The notes below the pieces were generated by a model. The model was not told the origin of the DNA. It did no database searches and saw only the letters and a program-made list of their open reading frames with translations. A DNA stretch of 64,000 nt from Octopus bimaculoides (Eukaryota), in assembly GCF_001194135.2 (NCBI RefSeq), contig NC_068982.1, positions 24,081,305 to 24,145,304 on the forward strand. Direction: 5' to 3'. Both the position numbers and the translations under genes were made by a program. The stretch's first letter is position 1. Each line of letters starts with the position of its first letter. Below, piece by piece: positions 11,621 to 24,963 of this stretch.

Positions 11621-12299
11621 AAGAATACTAGTAACTATAATGACATTGACGAAAAATTGAGATGGCAAAGACGGTATTAATAATATTTATGCCATGTTAA
11701 AAATACTAACGATAAAATTGTATGAGGGGATGAAGGAGAGGCAGAATAAAAATACAATAAAACATAAACTGAATAAATAATGCAAAATATATTAAAAAAA
11801 ATGAAAATAAATAAATGAAGAAATTAATAAAATAAGATAAACAATAAAATAAAAAATAATAGCCGATAACGAAAATAGAATGATATATTAACACTATATA
11901 TATATAATTAAAAACATGATGGGGTTAAGCGTAGATAAATGAGACAGCACGACTTTTTATATTTGCTTCTTTTTTTCTTTAAATCTATTCTAAAATACGC
12001 ACACCTACCTACCTACCTACCTACCTACCTACCTACCAACATACATACACACATACATACAGAAATGTATACGCACGTATATTTATGAATGTACATATAT
12101 ACATTCATGTGCGTGTGTGCGTGTGTGTGTGTGCGTGCGCGTGTGTCAGACAAATAGTTAAATAGAAAAATTGAGACATAATCTCATAAAACGGGGTGGG
12201 GGGGGGATAAATTGAGAGAATGAGGAAAGAATAGAAAAGAAAAGAAAAGCTGAAAGCAAAGGTCAACAATGAACGCGATGTGGCTTAGACCGACGGCTG

Positions 12300-12950
12300 A
12301 GTGTATCATCTAAACCGACACTCTCAGTGACTTGTCTCAACATGGTAACACAGGCATATGTAGACCCAAAGAGACAAAGAAAGTACGTAGGTCTTTTTTT
12401 CATTCTAGTTGTACCAATATTTCTTGGACCTTCCGCTGATACACTTAGATGTTTTCCCCATGTGGGACTCGGGGAAATTCAAGCAAGCTCCTTCCTGACT
12501 CTCTATTCCGTATACAGTGTTCTTAGTTTGTGTTGTTGTCATGTGGCTTACTAGTACACAACGGGCAGTTACTTTGATATGTTTCTTTGTTCTTACATAC
12601 ATAGAATAAACTTCATAGGCCTACCTCTCTACAACCTTGATCATAAGCTTGGTTCCACAGAAGTTTTCTTAAATACTCTAGCTAGTTCACTCTTGGCTAT
12701 ATCTTCCACAAAAAGAACACTATCAAGCCCGGTGTATTCATAACAAATATTACATGTAGCCCTGTTACAAAAGCAAAAATCTGCTGGGATTTTTTGTTTG
12801 TTCTTGTTTTATTCTCACCGACAAACATACAATCCACTTGTATTAGCAAAATGGAACTAATCCAAAAGATACACTCACAGTTCATGCACCATACAAACAA
12901 ACTCCCCACCGAATGTACCTTCTATTCATAAACATATATTTTTTAATCCT
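12300..12950 (-). pseudogene. Possible L1/Tx1 ORF2 C-terminal (zf-RVT-like) relic
   Basis: One frame reads RKLLWNQ...SNCPLCTSKPH...*EHC...LLEFPRVP...QRKVQEIL, resembling LW..../CxxC...H..C/CPRV of Tx1/L1. Heavily decayed. Confidence 0.3.
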
Positions 12951-14663
12951 TTACTGAGTGTTCCCGGCCCAAAATTGAATCAGTGACCAATTTGAACTGT
13001 TAATCTCTCAAATTCCTGTAAAATGTGTATATTTAACTGCATTTAAAAGAGTTCGCTTATGGGGATATATGTGATACTTGAACAGGCTTCACTTTTTCAT
13101 CTCAATAACACTTCTTTTTTTTTTTATATAATGTTGTATAAAGATTAATATAGTTATCTAATTTGAATTGATTCAAAAGCATACACGTATAGAATATTTG
13201 CACTAAGTCTATTGGCTGAGCTAATGTGTTTACCTATAACACGTTTGAAAAATATATGTGTCTTTCCAAATACAGTTACTGTAATAGCAAGTAAAAATGG
13301 TTCGGATTCATCATTTACTTCGCTCCTATATAAAGAATTTTCTGCATGATACATCTGTGCACCTTATACTTAGTAGCATAGCTTTTGCGTTGCAGTGGAA
13401 ATGCGGTTTTTGATATTTATACTATTATTTATTTTGCAGGTGAAACACTATACATGGTAGTATTTACAGGTTTCGTTCTGATGGATCTTAACGGTTTTGT
13501 TTTCTATTTTATTTTACGAGTTTCATATTGAGATTATGTTTTCAAAATATATTCTGTTAAATATTTCATTACTTCGGTTAGCAAGTACATTCTGCATTGA
13601 AACTTATTGCTATCTTCCTACATATTAACCTCACCTATTTTGCTATTCAAGTTAGCTACACAGTTGTAAAATTAATTTCGATATTTACGTAGTATTGCTT
13701 TTGAAACTAATTGTTACTGTTTTTTCAATCACTTATACATCTTGACCATTATTTTCATCCTTTAAATCGAAAATTTTCTGCAGAATAGTAACTACTGTAT
13801 ATTATATCAACTTTTATGACAACGGCTGATATATAACACATACATCCGTATATTTATAACGTTTGCAATTTTGATGTTCAGTTTCGCAATTTCCGACATG
13901 CCAAATCCTTTCCTGATTACCTATATGCTGGCCATAAATTTACTCTAATATGAATGGCGTATGGACAGTTTGGATGTTCCTTTAATTACGAAGTTGTATG
14001 TCTATTGGTCAAAGTTCAGCTGAAGTAATCTGCTGGGATTTTCAGTTAGGTAAAGGAGGGTGTTTGCTATATATTCCGAACGAAATTTGCTTTACCTTTT
14101 ACAGTACAAGAAGCTTGTTAATTATGGTACTGTCTGTTAGTGAAATGAATCGCTTGAATTACCATTAGCATTGTTACAAACTTTGATAAGACTTTTATTG
14201 TACAACTTCCGCATTATATATCATTGTGAAATACCATGTTCGTTCCATTCATTTTTACAATGGATTTACTTTAAAATCTACTGTTTAATAAATTAAGGCT
14301 GTCAAATTCTGCAAGTTAAAAAGGTGTAATTACGAATCCACTTCAATTCATAAAACGAAAAACTGACTGTAATCTCTGAATGCATTTGATAAGTGAAGAG
14401 TCAATGAACATGTATCTTGAAATTAGTTCTAAATACCTCATGCTAAGAGAGTGGTCCTTGAAGATGAGAAAAAGCGCCGACAACCTGCGCTTTACAATAT
14501 CATTTAGGGGTTATGAAATAAGTGAAGCGCAAACTGATTAGTAGTGTCGCAGATGCAATGAACATTGAAATGTTTTACATCTCTTCCACAGCAGACAGTT
14601 CAAAAATTTGTTAGGAAGGAAAAGAAAACTCCGTTAATAATTCTCTCCTTTCTTTTATTTAAG

Positions 14664-14890
14664 AAGAAGGAGGAGGAGGAGGAGGAAGAGAAGAAGGAGG
14701 TGGAGGAGGAGGAGGAGAAGAAGAAGAAGAAGAAGAAGGAGGAGGAGGAGGAGGAGGAGGAGAAGAAGAAGAATGAGGAGGAGGAGGAGGAGGAGGAGAA
14801 GAAGTAGAAGAAGAAGAAGAAGAAAAAGAAGAAGACGAAGAAGAAGAAGAAGAAGAAGAAGAAGAAGAAGAAGAAGAAGAAGAAGAAGAA
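14664..14890. repeat. (GGA/GAA)n purine triplet repeat
   Basis: Direct. Confidence 0.95.
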
Positions 14891-16162
14891 TCGAGCTATT
14901 AATTTGTACCTCACTCACAATTACTTCACTGACAGCTCTCTGACAACTGACAGTGAGCTTTCTTTTTCAATCTCTCCATAACTCCGAACGTGAGACATAT
15001 TTTCAACAACGAAGAATCGGTTTAAAATGTCTTCAAAGTACTTACCAGTTCCAAGACTCCAGAAATCTATATTTGAGGAATAAATAGACGTTTTGGCAAA
15101 CATATGCAGATTCAATGATTATCATTTCGATTAATACAAATTAGCGCGAGCCGACATATATTGATTTAATTTTGACGCCTAAAACTGCAGTTATTTTTCA
15201 CAAATTTCGGTCTACTATACTTAGCATAACATAACTTGTATAGACAATATCATTCTGTAAGTTACTTCAGCAGGAACTCTTTCCAATTTGTCAACACATT
15301 TTTATTTCGGTCATGCTAACCTACCAACATACTTAGAAACTTTCGTAATTACGTTAACGCTTCAACGATTAGCGTGCAATTGTGAAGCGTAATTTAAGCA
15401 GTACATTTTTCCACCAACTTAGTCATACGCAATTTCATAAAATTTATCTGATGTGTGAGTTAACTTGATAGAGTGGTTCGTATTGTTCTTGAACGCTTTT
15501 CTATTTTAAAAGAAGGCTTAAACACATATACGATCGATTATCATAACATCCTGAAAGTTTTCTTATATAATTACCTTAAACAATTCTTATATTTAATATT
15601 TGAGACTTTTTTATAATCATACTCTATTTTGGGGTAAATGTTTATACTTAAATACGAATTCCATAATTATGTAATATAAGCTCTGAATAAAATAATTTAA
15701 CACAACTGAAAAAGCGAAAAAACAATAGCATTATCTACAATATTTGAAATTTAACTGCCAAGTACTTCCGCTTCGGTATTTCTTCGTCACTTCACTTATT
15801 TCTTCTAATTTATGACAAGCAATCATTTCCCTGCATCTAACTATTCCCATCTTTCATAGAAATTGTTTCGCATTTCTAAATATGAAAAAAAAAACAAAAA
15901 AAAACAGTATGTATTATTTTTTTAGAAAAATATTTCTTATGATGCGAAATTTTTCAATCTAAATACAAATGTGGAAAAAATTAACATTGCCAGAATGTGA
16001 GCCGTCGTGAAATATTGCAAAAGACAAAACACAGTAGTTCTATCAAAAGAATTCATNNNNNNNNNNCAAAAGACAAAACACAGTAGTTCTATCAAAAGAA
16101 TTCATATATTGTTCATACATTTCTTGTATGATTTCATACGCGCGCACGCACACACACACACG

Positions 16163-16233
<71 letters not shown>

Positions 16234-16359
16234 ACATGTATATATTCTTTTATTCTTTAATTTTTTCCTGTCGTAGGATTGCAGCCATAATAAAGTACCA
16301 CTATAATTTGCTTTCCTTCAATTTTGTTGTCTCTTACTCGCTGGAAGCTGGTATATTAT

Positions 16360-18060
16360 AACTGGGCTGAACTTCTTTCAATGGTCTGCTAGTCCAGTAT
16401 CATTATTAGAAGTTTATCCAAAGCTTGTGTTTTAATGTTCCAGTAGAGATCCCTTTTATATTTCGGATTTCCTTAGGTAGGCAGTTGAACAATTGAAGAC
16501 CTCTAGATATCAGACTGTTACAACAGTGTGATTTTGCTGGTTAATTATGAGGAGACATATTTGGAAGCTGATAGTATTTACCAGCACGTGCATTACAATC
16601 CTTTCTATTTGTCGAAGTTTGGAACACGTCACTCTACGATTTACCATACGTATATAATAGAATATGTCTCTCTTCAGCATTCTAGAGAGTAGAGACGCAG
16701 TGCTTTCAGACGTTCTCAGTAATTAAGGCTTTTAACCGAAGTTATTTTACTTGTAGACGTTCATTGTAGCACTTCCCTTTCTTCTGCGAGACCGGATATA
16801 TTTGGAATCCAAATCTGTGAGCTGTAATCTAAACTGTTCGGAAGTAAGGGTGTCCGTAGAGTCAGCATAACTATCGGTTCTCTTGTCACGAAGATTCATA
16901 GGGTCCATCCTATGACACGTCTGCATTTAAAGGTCAGTTTAGTGATGTGGCTGAAAAAAATGCTTAATTTGGCATGGTTGCTCCAAAGTTTCCTATGTCA
17001 TTAGCACTGTGAATCAGTGTATTACCTTGTGTCAGATATTGTGACTTGTGTGTGTTTCCTCCAAAATGAAGAACCTGAAATTTTGGTGCATTACGTTTCG
17101 TATTCTTTTTATCTGCCCATTGATAAATGAGGTTTACCTCATCTTGAGTGTGATGGCATCTTCTGCAGTTTGGACAGCTATGGAAATGATTTACTCATTA
17201 GCGTGTCTCGCTAGGTTGAAAGATCACACCTGTGATCTAGTAACTGATAGGGAGATGATAGATAATCATGATCCAAGAACCTTGCACTGACATATACCAA
17301 TTATTACGGGTGACTTTGCTGAGAAATAAACTCACCTGCAGCAACATTGATTATTTCTCCGAAAGAAGTGAAGGAGGCATTTTGCGAGTTTTCCAGGAAT
17401 GCAAAGATCTATTGACCTATGACAGATGATACCTTGATCAATCTTGTAAAACGCTTTAGCAAAATCAATGTGTATGGAGTCAGTGTCCTCTCTTCCAAAG
17501 CGATTGTTGAACATAGCGTTATGGCGGCGTAACAAAAATGTTAGCAACATCCACTCCGAAAACCGTGCTGTGTATCAACTAAGAAGTTGTTTTCTTCAAG
17601 ATACGTAATTAGTCTCTCTCGGCGAATGAGTTCGACAATTTTAAATGTGTGAAATGTGAAAGAATTAGGGCTATAATTTTAGCTTCAGCCCTACTGCCTG
17701 CTTTGTGTATAGGTTTTACATTTGCGGTTTTCAGTAGTTCTAGAATTATACCAGTATCCAGCGACTTTTGAAATAGCATATTTAATGCTTTCAAGAGTTT
17801 ATTTCTGTACATTTTTTACAGAATGGCTGGAAGACCATCTGATCCAGATGATGAGTTTGAATCTACTTCATTAATAGCTGTATCTGTAGTATCATAACTT
17901 TCTAGACGTGTCTCTGCGGTTGATATCCGGGGATCAAAATATTCCTTTGTACTATTTTGTTAATTATAGTTTGGAAAAAAAGTATTGTTATATTGTTGAA
18001 TCAAGAGGATGCATGTCTGTGATGAATGATTAGTCTATGATCCATTTTGGTTCATTAGAT
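16360..18060 (-). mobile_element. CR1/Jockey-group LINE reverse transcriptase relic
   Basis: Minus-strand fragments LFQKSLDTG..KTANVKPIHKAGSRAEAK, HIDFAKAFYKIDQGI (DF.KAFD), GICQCKVLGS (GVPQGSVLGP), RHANE (YADD) and GLQLFNCLPKEIRNIKG, in correct order. Confidence 0.85.
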
Positions 18061-18846
18061 GGCCAATCTGGTTATGGGTACATATATATATANNNNNNNN
18101 NNNNNNNNNNNNNNNNNNNNNNNNNNNNNNNNNNNNNNNNNNNNNNNNNNNNNNNNNNNNNNNNNNNNNNNNNNNNNNNNNNNNNNNNNNNNNNNNNNNN
18201 NNNNNNNNNNNNNNNNNNNNNNNNNNNNNNNNNNNNNNNNNNNNNNNNNNNNNNNNNNNNNNNNNNNNNNNNNNNNNNNNNNNNNNNNNNNNNNNNNNNN
18301 NNNNNNNNNNNNNNNNNNNNNNNNNNNNNNNNNNNNNNNNNNNNNNNNNNNNNNNNNNNNNNNNNNNNNNNNNNNNNNNNNNNNNNNNNNNNNNNNNNNN
18401 NNNNNNNNNNNNNNNNNNNNNNNNNNNNNNNNNNNNNNNNNNNNNNNNNNNNNNNNNNNNNNNNNNNNNNNNNNNNNNNNNNNNNNNNNNNNNNNNNNNN
18501 NNNNNNNNNNNNNNNNNNNNNNNNNNNNNNNNNNNNNNNNNNNNNNNNNNNNNNNNNNNNNNNNNNNNNNNNNNNNNNNNNNNNNNNNNNNNNNNNNNNN
18601 NNNNNNNNNNNNNNNNNNNNNNNNNNNNNNNNNNNNNNNNNNNNNNNNNNNNNNNNNNNNNNNNNNNNNNNNNNNNNNNNNNNNNNNNNNNNNNNNNNNN
18701 NNNNNNNNNNNNNNNNNNNNNNNNNNNNNNNNNNNNNNNNNNNNNNNNNNNNNNNNNNNNNNNNNNNNNNNNNNNNNNNNNNNNNNNNNNNNNNNNNNNN
18801 NNNNNNNNNNNNNNNNNNNNNNNNNNNNNNNNNNNNNNNNNNNNNN

Positions 18847-18897
<51 letters not shown>

Positions 18898-19264
18898 TTC
18901 TGTCTCTCTCTTACTCCAGAAGCAACTGTAGGTGGCAGCACCAACAGTTGCCAGTCATATTTCCCACGTTTGTTTTCAATAAAAGAATTAACAAGAAAAA
19001 ATTCTTAAGATCTTCAACATCTGCTTGAATTCAGCAGCAAGAGCAACAACATGAGCCACGAGTTCTGAACTCACTGACCTCGTAACTGTCCACCGGTAGT
19101 AAAACATTCCTTCTACGCCTCATTCATCAAATGAATGACTATGGCGACAAATCTTACATGTCTGTTAAGCATCCCCCTCCGCCTCCTTCTTATTAACAGC
19201 GTTATCGTTGTCATTATCGTCGTCCGCATCATGATCATATTTATCATCTACTAACACTTCTGCT

Positions 19265-19482
19265 ACAACGACAACAGCAATTACTACTACTAATACCACA
19301 GCCGCCTCCGCGGCCGCTTCTTCTTCTTCTTCTTCTTCTTCTTCTTCTTCTTCTTCTTCTTCTTCTTCTTCTTCTTCTTCTTCTTCTTCTTCTTCTTCTT
19401 CTTCTTCTTCTTCTTCTTCTTCTTCTTCTTCTTCAACTGCTGCTGCTGCTGCTACCACTACTACTACTACTACTACTACTAT

Positions 19483-19539
<57 letters not shown>

Positions 19540-19541
19540 CA
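19265..19541. repeat. Compound (TTC)n-(TGC)n-(TAC)n triplet repeat
   Basis: Direct. Confidence 0.95.
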
Positions 19542-21901
19542 TTAGCAACACAAAAACAGAAATCCTATTCTCCATTCCCTTAACCTTGCAGAACAACAAT
19601 AAAGCCAAACACATCGCTTCCTCGGTTTATTAAGTTATGCCGTCCCAATAACTATCTCCCCCACCCCCGACATATGGACGATGCCAAAATCAACCGAGAA
19701 GCATAAAGAAAAATTATTACAATCTAGGGATCGAAATTATGCTTCTATTGACGACGCGAAAGCTTACGAACACATCGCTAATGTAAAATCACTAAGGCCC
19801 TAATTGTCATCAAAATTGTAGAGAACTTGAGAGAACATCCATCAAATTCATATTTGGTTTCATAAGCAAAAGAAATAAGAAGCTGAATCTACAATAGAGT
19901 TCACACATCAGAAATAACGTTGAAATGATCCACAACATATACTCAAGGATCCTTAAAGCATATTTGTTCAGCGTTAAAGATGCTACCATCCTTCTCGGAT
20001 CTTACCTGCTTTGCTTCCGCTTTACAATTTCTTCAATTGTTTCTTCCAGTTGATTTCATATTTGATGAGTTGATGTAGTTAAGCATGGTAATAATTAATA
20101 TTAAAGTCAATTTCACCATAAATCAATAAATATAGCGTTAATGGCTTTTGACATTTTAAAATTTTGGGTAATTTTATTCAGTCGAAAGACACAGACAAAT
20201 ATGCATCTGCTTCCATAGTAACAAGCCAAGCTGTTACCAAGCTGCTTAACCACGTGGTCATTTTTGCGTCTTAAATGTTTAAAACACACGAGTTATGAAG
20301 TAGTCGTGAGATGTGCTAAAAATAATAGGCCTTAAATCACACACCAATTTTTTTTTTGGGGGGGGGAGTTCGTATGAATGTTCGTGTGTACAATACAAAT
20401 ACGCAAATAAAGGGGATTACATGGTGTGCATAAAGCAGAATTCCACTAATATTTGGCTTCTTTATAGTTGACAACACGTGCACAAACGCGCAAAATGACA
20501 GCTTTATAATCCTCAGAGGGTAAAAATTATCAACTTTTAAACTTCACCAAGTTTTTTTTTTTCTTCTTGAAAAAGTGAATTAGCTCCTCAGTTTCTGTGC
20601 GGATACTTACATCATTACACCAAACTTTAAAACTTTCACTAGACTTTAAAATTCAGGCAGATGCAGTTAAATAGAAAAGACCCACCTTCTCTATTCTACA
20701 CTTATTGCCCCAACCATAAGTACTATAGAGAATTGTAGACTCCCTGAAGAAAATGTTTTATGACAACTGAAGAAAACCAATGTTCAATAACACACTCACA
20801 TGCGCACACAATCATCAGGAGTTATGAATATATATATGTGTGTGGGGGTGTTTGGGTGTGTGTGTAAGTTAAATAAAATGAGACAACAAAACCAAGGCTG
20901 TGTGGAATTTATAAGATATGTATAAAGAGAAAGGTAGCCTTACAGCTGTTTCTGTGATATAAGGGATATCCGTTCATCAAAGACGATATCAGAGAGTTAA
21001 CTAGAGGGAAACAACAGAGTTCAGTATAAGGAGTTATTTTGGAAAAGGATGGATATAGGATGTACAAAGGGAAATAAGAGAATAGAGATATAAGCAATCA
21101 ACATATTTAAGTTGGAATTTGCTTTGATTCATTGAAAATGAATCAGCAAATTATTGTTCGCATTCCTGCTATACTGCGTATATCTTATGAACTATACGTA
21201 CAACTGATACTGAAAACACCTCATCTATTTTCATAAATGCATAATAATTTTGTACTTTTTCACCCGTATACAAACATATGCATACGGGCATGTCCATGTA
21301 TGTTTCTTTCTATAACTGTGCAGTTATATTGCTGGAGTGGTTCTGGCATTTTAAGTTTTATGAACGTGGATAAAAAGACATTCATATGCAGATGTATTCG
21401 CTGGAGCAATATCAGTGATACTTTAAGCGTACGATTGTATGAGACGATTTCATGAAAGCATAAGCTATACATACACTAACCCATTTAAGTATCAACAGGT
21501 CATCATTGATAATATAAATTTTGGCTTAGCAAAAGAAACAAATTCAAAATATATCTAGATGAATAAAATCTAATTAAAATTAAGAAACTGACAGATTCAA
21601 TCACAGGATATAAGAGAATTACTCTAAAAGAATATAGGGCAGCTAAACTAATATAACATTGAAATTTAATGAAGAGGAAACAAGAAGAAAAACACAACTC
21701 TGTTGAAGTACATTAAATCGCAAGTTTTAGAATTTTATGATAAAACAACAAATTAAACTTGTCTATTGTTAGTGTCGAGACATCTACTGGACATCAATTA
21801 TTTAAAAGTACTTTTATGGCAATATATATAAAACCTGTTACTATATCTTTGTCTCTGTATGTGTTCGTATAATACATAGATACATATACATACATACATA
21901 C

Positions 21902-21932
<31 letters not shown>

Positions 21933-24229
21933 NNNNNNNNNNNNNNNNNNNNNNNNNNNNNNNNNNNNNNNNNNNNNNNNNNNNNNNNNNNNNNNNNNNN
22001 NNNNNNNNNNNNNNNNNNNNNNNNNNNNNNNNNNNNNNNNNNNNNNNNNNNNNNNNNNNNNNNNNNNNNNNNNNNNNNNNNNNNNNNNNNNNNNNNNNNN
22101 NNNNNNNNNNNNNNNNNNNNNNNNNNNNNNNNNNNNNNNNNNNNNNNNNNNNNNNNNNNNNNNNNNNNNNNNNNNNNNNNNNNNNNNNNNNNNNNNNNNN
22201 NNNNNNNNNNNNNNNNNNNNNNNNNNNNNNNNNNNNNNNNNNNNNNNNNNNNNNNNNNNNNNNNNNNNNNNNNNNNNNNNNNNNNNNNNNNNNNNNNNNN
22301 NNNNNNNNNNNNNNNNNNNNNNNNNNNNNNNNNNNNNNNNNNNNNNNNNNNNNNNNNNNNNNNNNNNNNNNNNNNNNNNNNNNNNNNNNNNNNNNNNNNN
22401 NNNNNNNNNNNNNNNNNNNNNNNNNNNNNNNNNNNNNNNNNNNNNNNNNNNNNNNNNNNNNNNNNNNNNNNNNNNNNNNNNNNNNNNNNNNNNNNNNNNN
22501 NNNNNNNNNNNNNNNNNNNNNCATATATATAAATATATGTATGTATATATGTATATGAATATATATGTATATATATACATACATACATATATGCACACAC
22601 AAATATATACACACACACACACACACACATATAAACTGCTTATAGCTTTTTCGACTGTCTGGATAAATTGTAATGTATTTTCAGATAGTTTCCGATTTAC
22701 ATTTTCCAAATTACAACGCTAATATTTAATCTGAAAAAATAATTCAGTGTTATATTTATTACGATACACTCTATCTGTCTGTTTCTATGAGAGAATTTTC
22801 ATGCTATTATGTACCTCCAGATGAAAATTAGATTTAAAAAAAAAACAAATAAAAAATGAAAAGCTGAGACACGATGCACTAGTGACAAATGCCTCTATAA
22901 TAATAGAACTTTGGTACGAAGCATGTATCTAATTGTTTAATATGTTCTCTCTCTCTCTCTCCTTCTCTCTAACTTTTTCGCCCCCTCTGTCTATCTATCT
23001 ATCTATCTATCTTACTATGTGAGTGTAAATATGTTTGTGAACATAATTTTGCGCCCATTTTATAAGCTATTCGGATGTATGTCTGAATATATATCTATAT
23101 ATGTCCGTGCATAGGTATATGTATATATGTTTCTTTGTGCATTTAACTATGTATGTATATGTGTGCGTGTTTGTGCTTGTGTGTGTGAATATATGCATAT
23201 GTGTCTACATACATCTGTTTATATATATCCGTCTATAGACATGCATCTTATCTGGATATATGTGTAGGTGTATATATATGTATATATGTGTATACGTGTA
23301 TATGTGTATGCGTATGTGTTTCTCTGAGAAAGCGTACATACGATTTTACTTGTAGGTATCCACATTTAGAGGTATGTATGTATATAAATGCGCATATGTG
23401 TATGCATGTGTATATATATGTATGTATGTCTCTTTACATATATGTAAATATAATTGCTTGTGTATATATATGCGTGCATATCATAAAGATATGTATTCGT
23501 CAATATCTGCTCTTTCTGTCTTTCCCTCGTTTTGGCTCTCCTTCCAGAGACACTCACGCACGCATATACATGCACGTGAACACAATGTCATACGTGGAAC
23601 ATGTTTCCTCACTGTCAATCGTAATATGTCTCCGGTACATTGTTTCTTCAGCTTGTCAATTGTCGGTCTGCTCTTATGTAGAATAGCTGAATGACACATA
23701 ACAAAGGACTCTTTTTCTCTTTCTCTGTCGCATTCTTTCGGATTCTGTCACTTTCTATCTATCACAATTCCTATACATACATTTACTAATGTGTCGTGTT
23801 ACTCGTTTACATATGAGTACTTCATACACCTTTCTACATACAAATATACATTATATACATAGTTTCATTTAAATCTTGTTCTTCTGGGAGAGACGTCTTC
23901 ACCTCAAACTCTAAACTTCCGTTCCTGTATGTGCTTATGCATTTTTCAATGGTAATGCTTTCTGTGAATATAAAGAGAGAGAAATGCTTTCCCAAATAAA
24001 ATTAAGCTTGAGATGCAATGTTCCAATGAAACTATACACAAGCAATCAAATGTAAGTAAGTCCTGCAAGCAGAAACAGTTGTAAACTAATGAAGATCATG
24101 ATATATCCTATTCCCATTCCTTTGTCTTTTATTCGATTTATTATTACTGCACTGTGCATGACTTACGCTTCTATTTATATACTGGGTTCTAAAAGCAGGT
24201 TACTAGTGTAGTTATGCCGAAGTGAAATA

Positions 24230-24230
24230 T

Positions 24231-24303
<73 letters not shown>

Positions 24304-24328
24304 GTACTCCTCCTCCTCCTCCTCCTCC

Positions 24329-24360
<32 letters not shown>

Positions 24361-24387
24361 TTACTACTACTACTGATGATGATGATG

Positions 24388-24445
<58 letters not shown>
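24230..24445. repeat. Compound (TAC)n-(TCC)n-(TGC)n-(TGA)n-(TAA)n triplet repeat
   Basis: Direct. Confidence 0.95.
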
Positions 24446-24469
24446 TAAAATAAGGGTGAAATGTAAGGA

Positions 24470-24963
24470 AATGAAAAGATTGAGAAATATAAACTACAAG
24501 TCCACATCATAAGTAGTTGTCCGAAAATGTCATCACCGTATTATCTACCGATGAGGCATGATATTGTAGCTTGGACACTATAATGAAGACCGGCGGAAGG
24601 ATAATCTCGAGGACAAAGAAATAAGAACCCACAGTATGGTAGAAGCCATAATAAAAAGGAGTACTAGTGGAATGTCCCAGTGAAGACCTCAATAAAAGAT
24701 AAGCACAACAGACCTGATATAATGACCTGGGATAGAGAAGTGTATCTGTGCTCCGTTGTGTAATTAGCTGCCCAGTGAAAAAGATAACACCTACGCTGAA
24801 CTATTGAGGAATCTGCAGTTACTCTATCTAAATTATAAGTTCAGGCTTATACCTGTAATTATTGGGGCCCTGGGATATGTAACACACTGCCTAACTACCA
24901 ATCTTGAGAAATTAGGCGTCTCAAAACCAGAAGGGAGAAAGCTAACTAAAAAAACTACAGATC
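24470..24963 (+). mobile_element. R4/Dong-like non-LTR retrotransposon C-terminal relic (CCHC + restriction-like endonuclease)
   Basis: HIISSCPKMS..YYLPMRHDIVA, KHNRPDIMTWDRE, KDNTYAELLRNLQLLYLNYKFRLIPVIIGALG: the H...C, RHD, PD..D and IP.IIGALG motifs of RLE-type LINEs. Confidence 0.8.

Noticed and set aside
16018-16106. 39-bp direct repeat CAAAAGACAAAACACAGTAGTTCTATCAAAAGAATTCAT
   Set aside because: The copies flank a ~10-N gap, so this is most likely an assembly overlap artefact.
17331-17339. Perfect minus-strand donor CAG|GTGAGT
   Set aside because: It lies inside the LINE RT relic with no supporting acceptor or frame.
20012-20075. Minus-strand NQLEETIEEIVKRKQSR followed by CAG|GTAAGA
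   Set aside because: There is an in-frame TGA immediately upstream and no AG acceptor; protein not recognised.
21498-21560. VIIDNINFGLAKE resembling a kinase DFG motif
   Set aside because: Asn instead of Asp, an in-frame stop follows, and there are no other kinase motifs on this strand.
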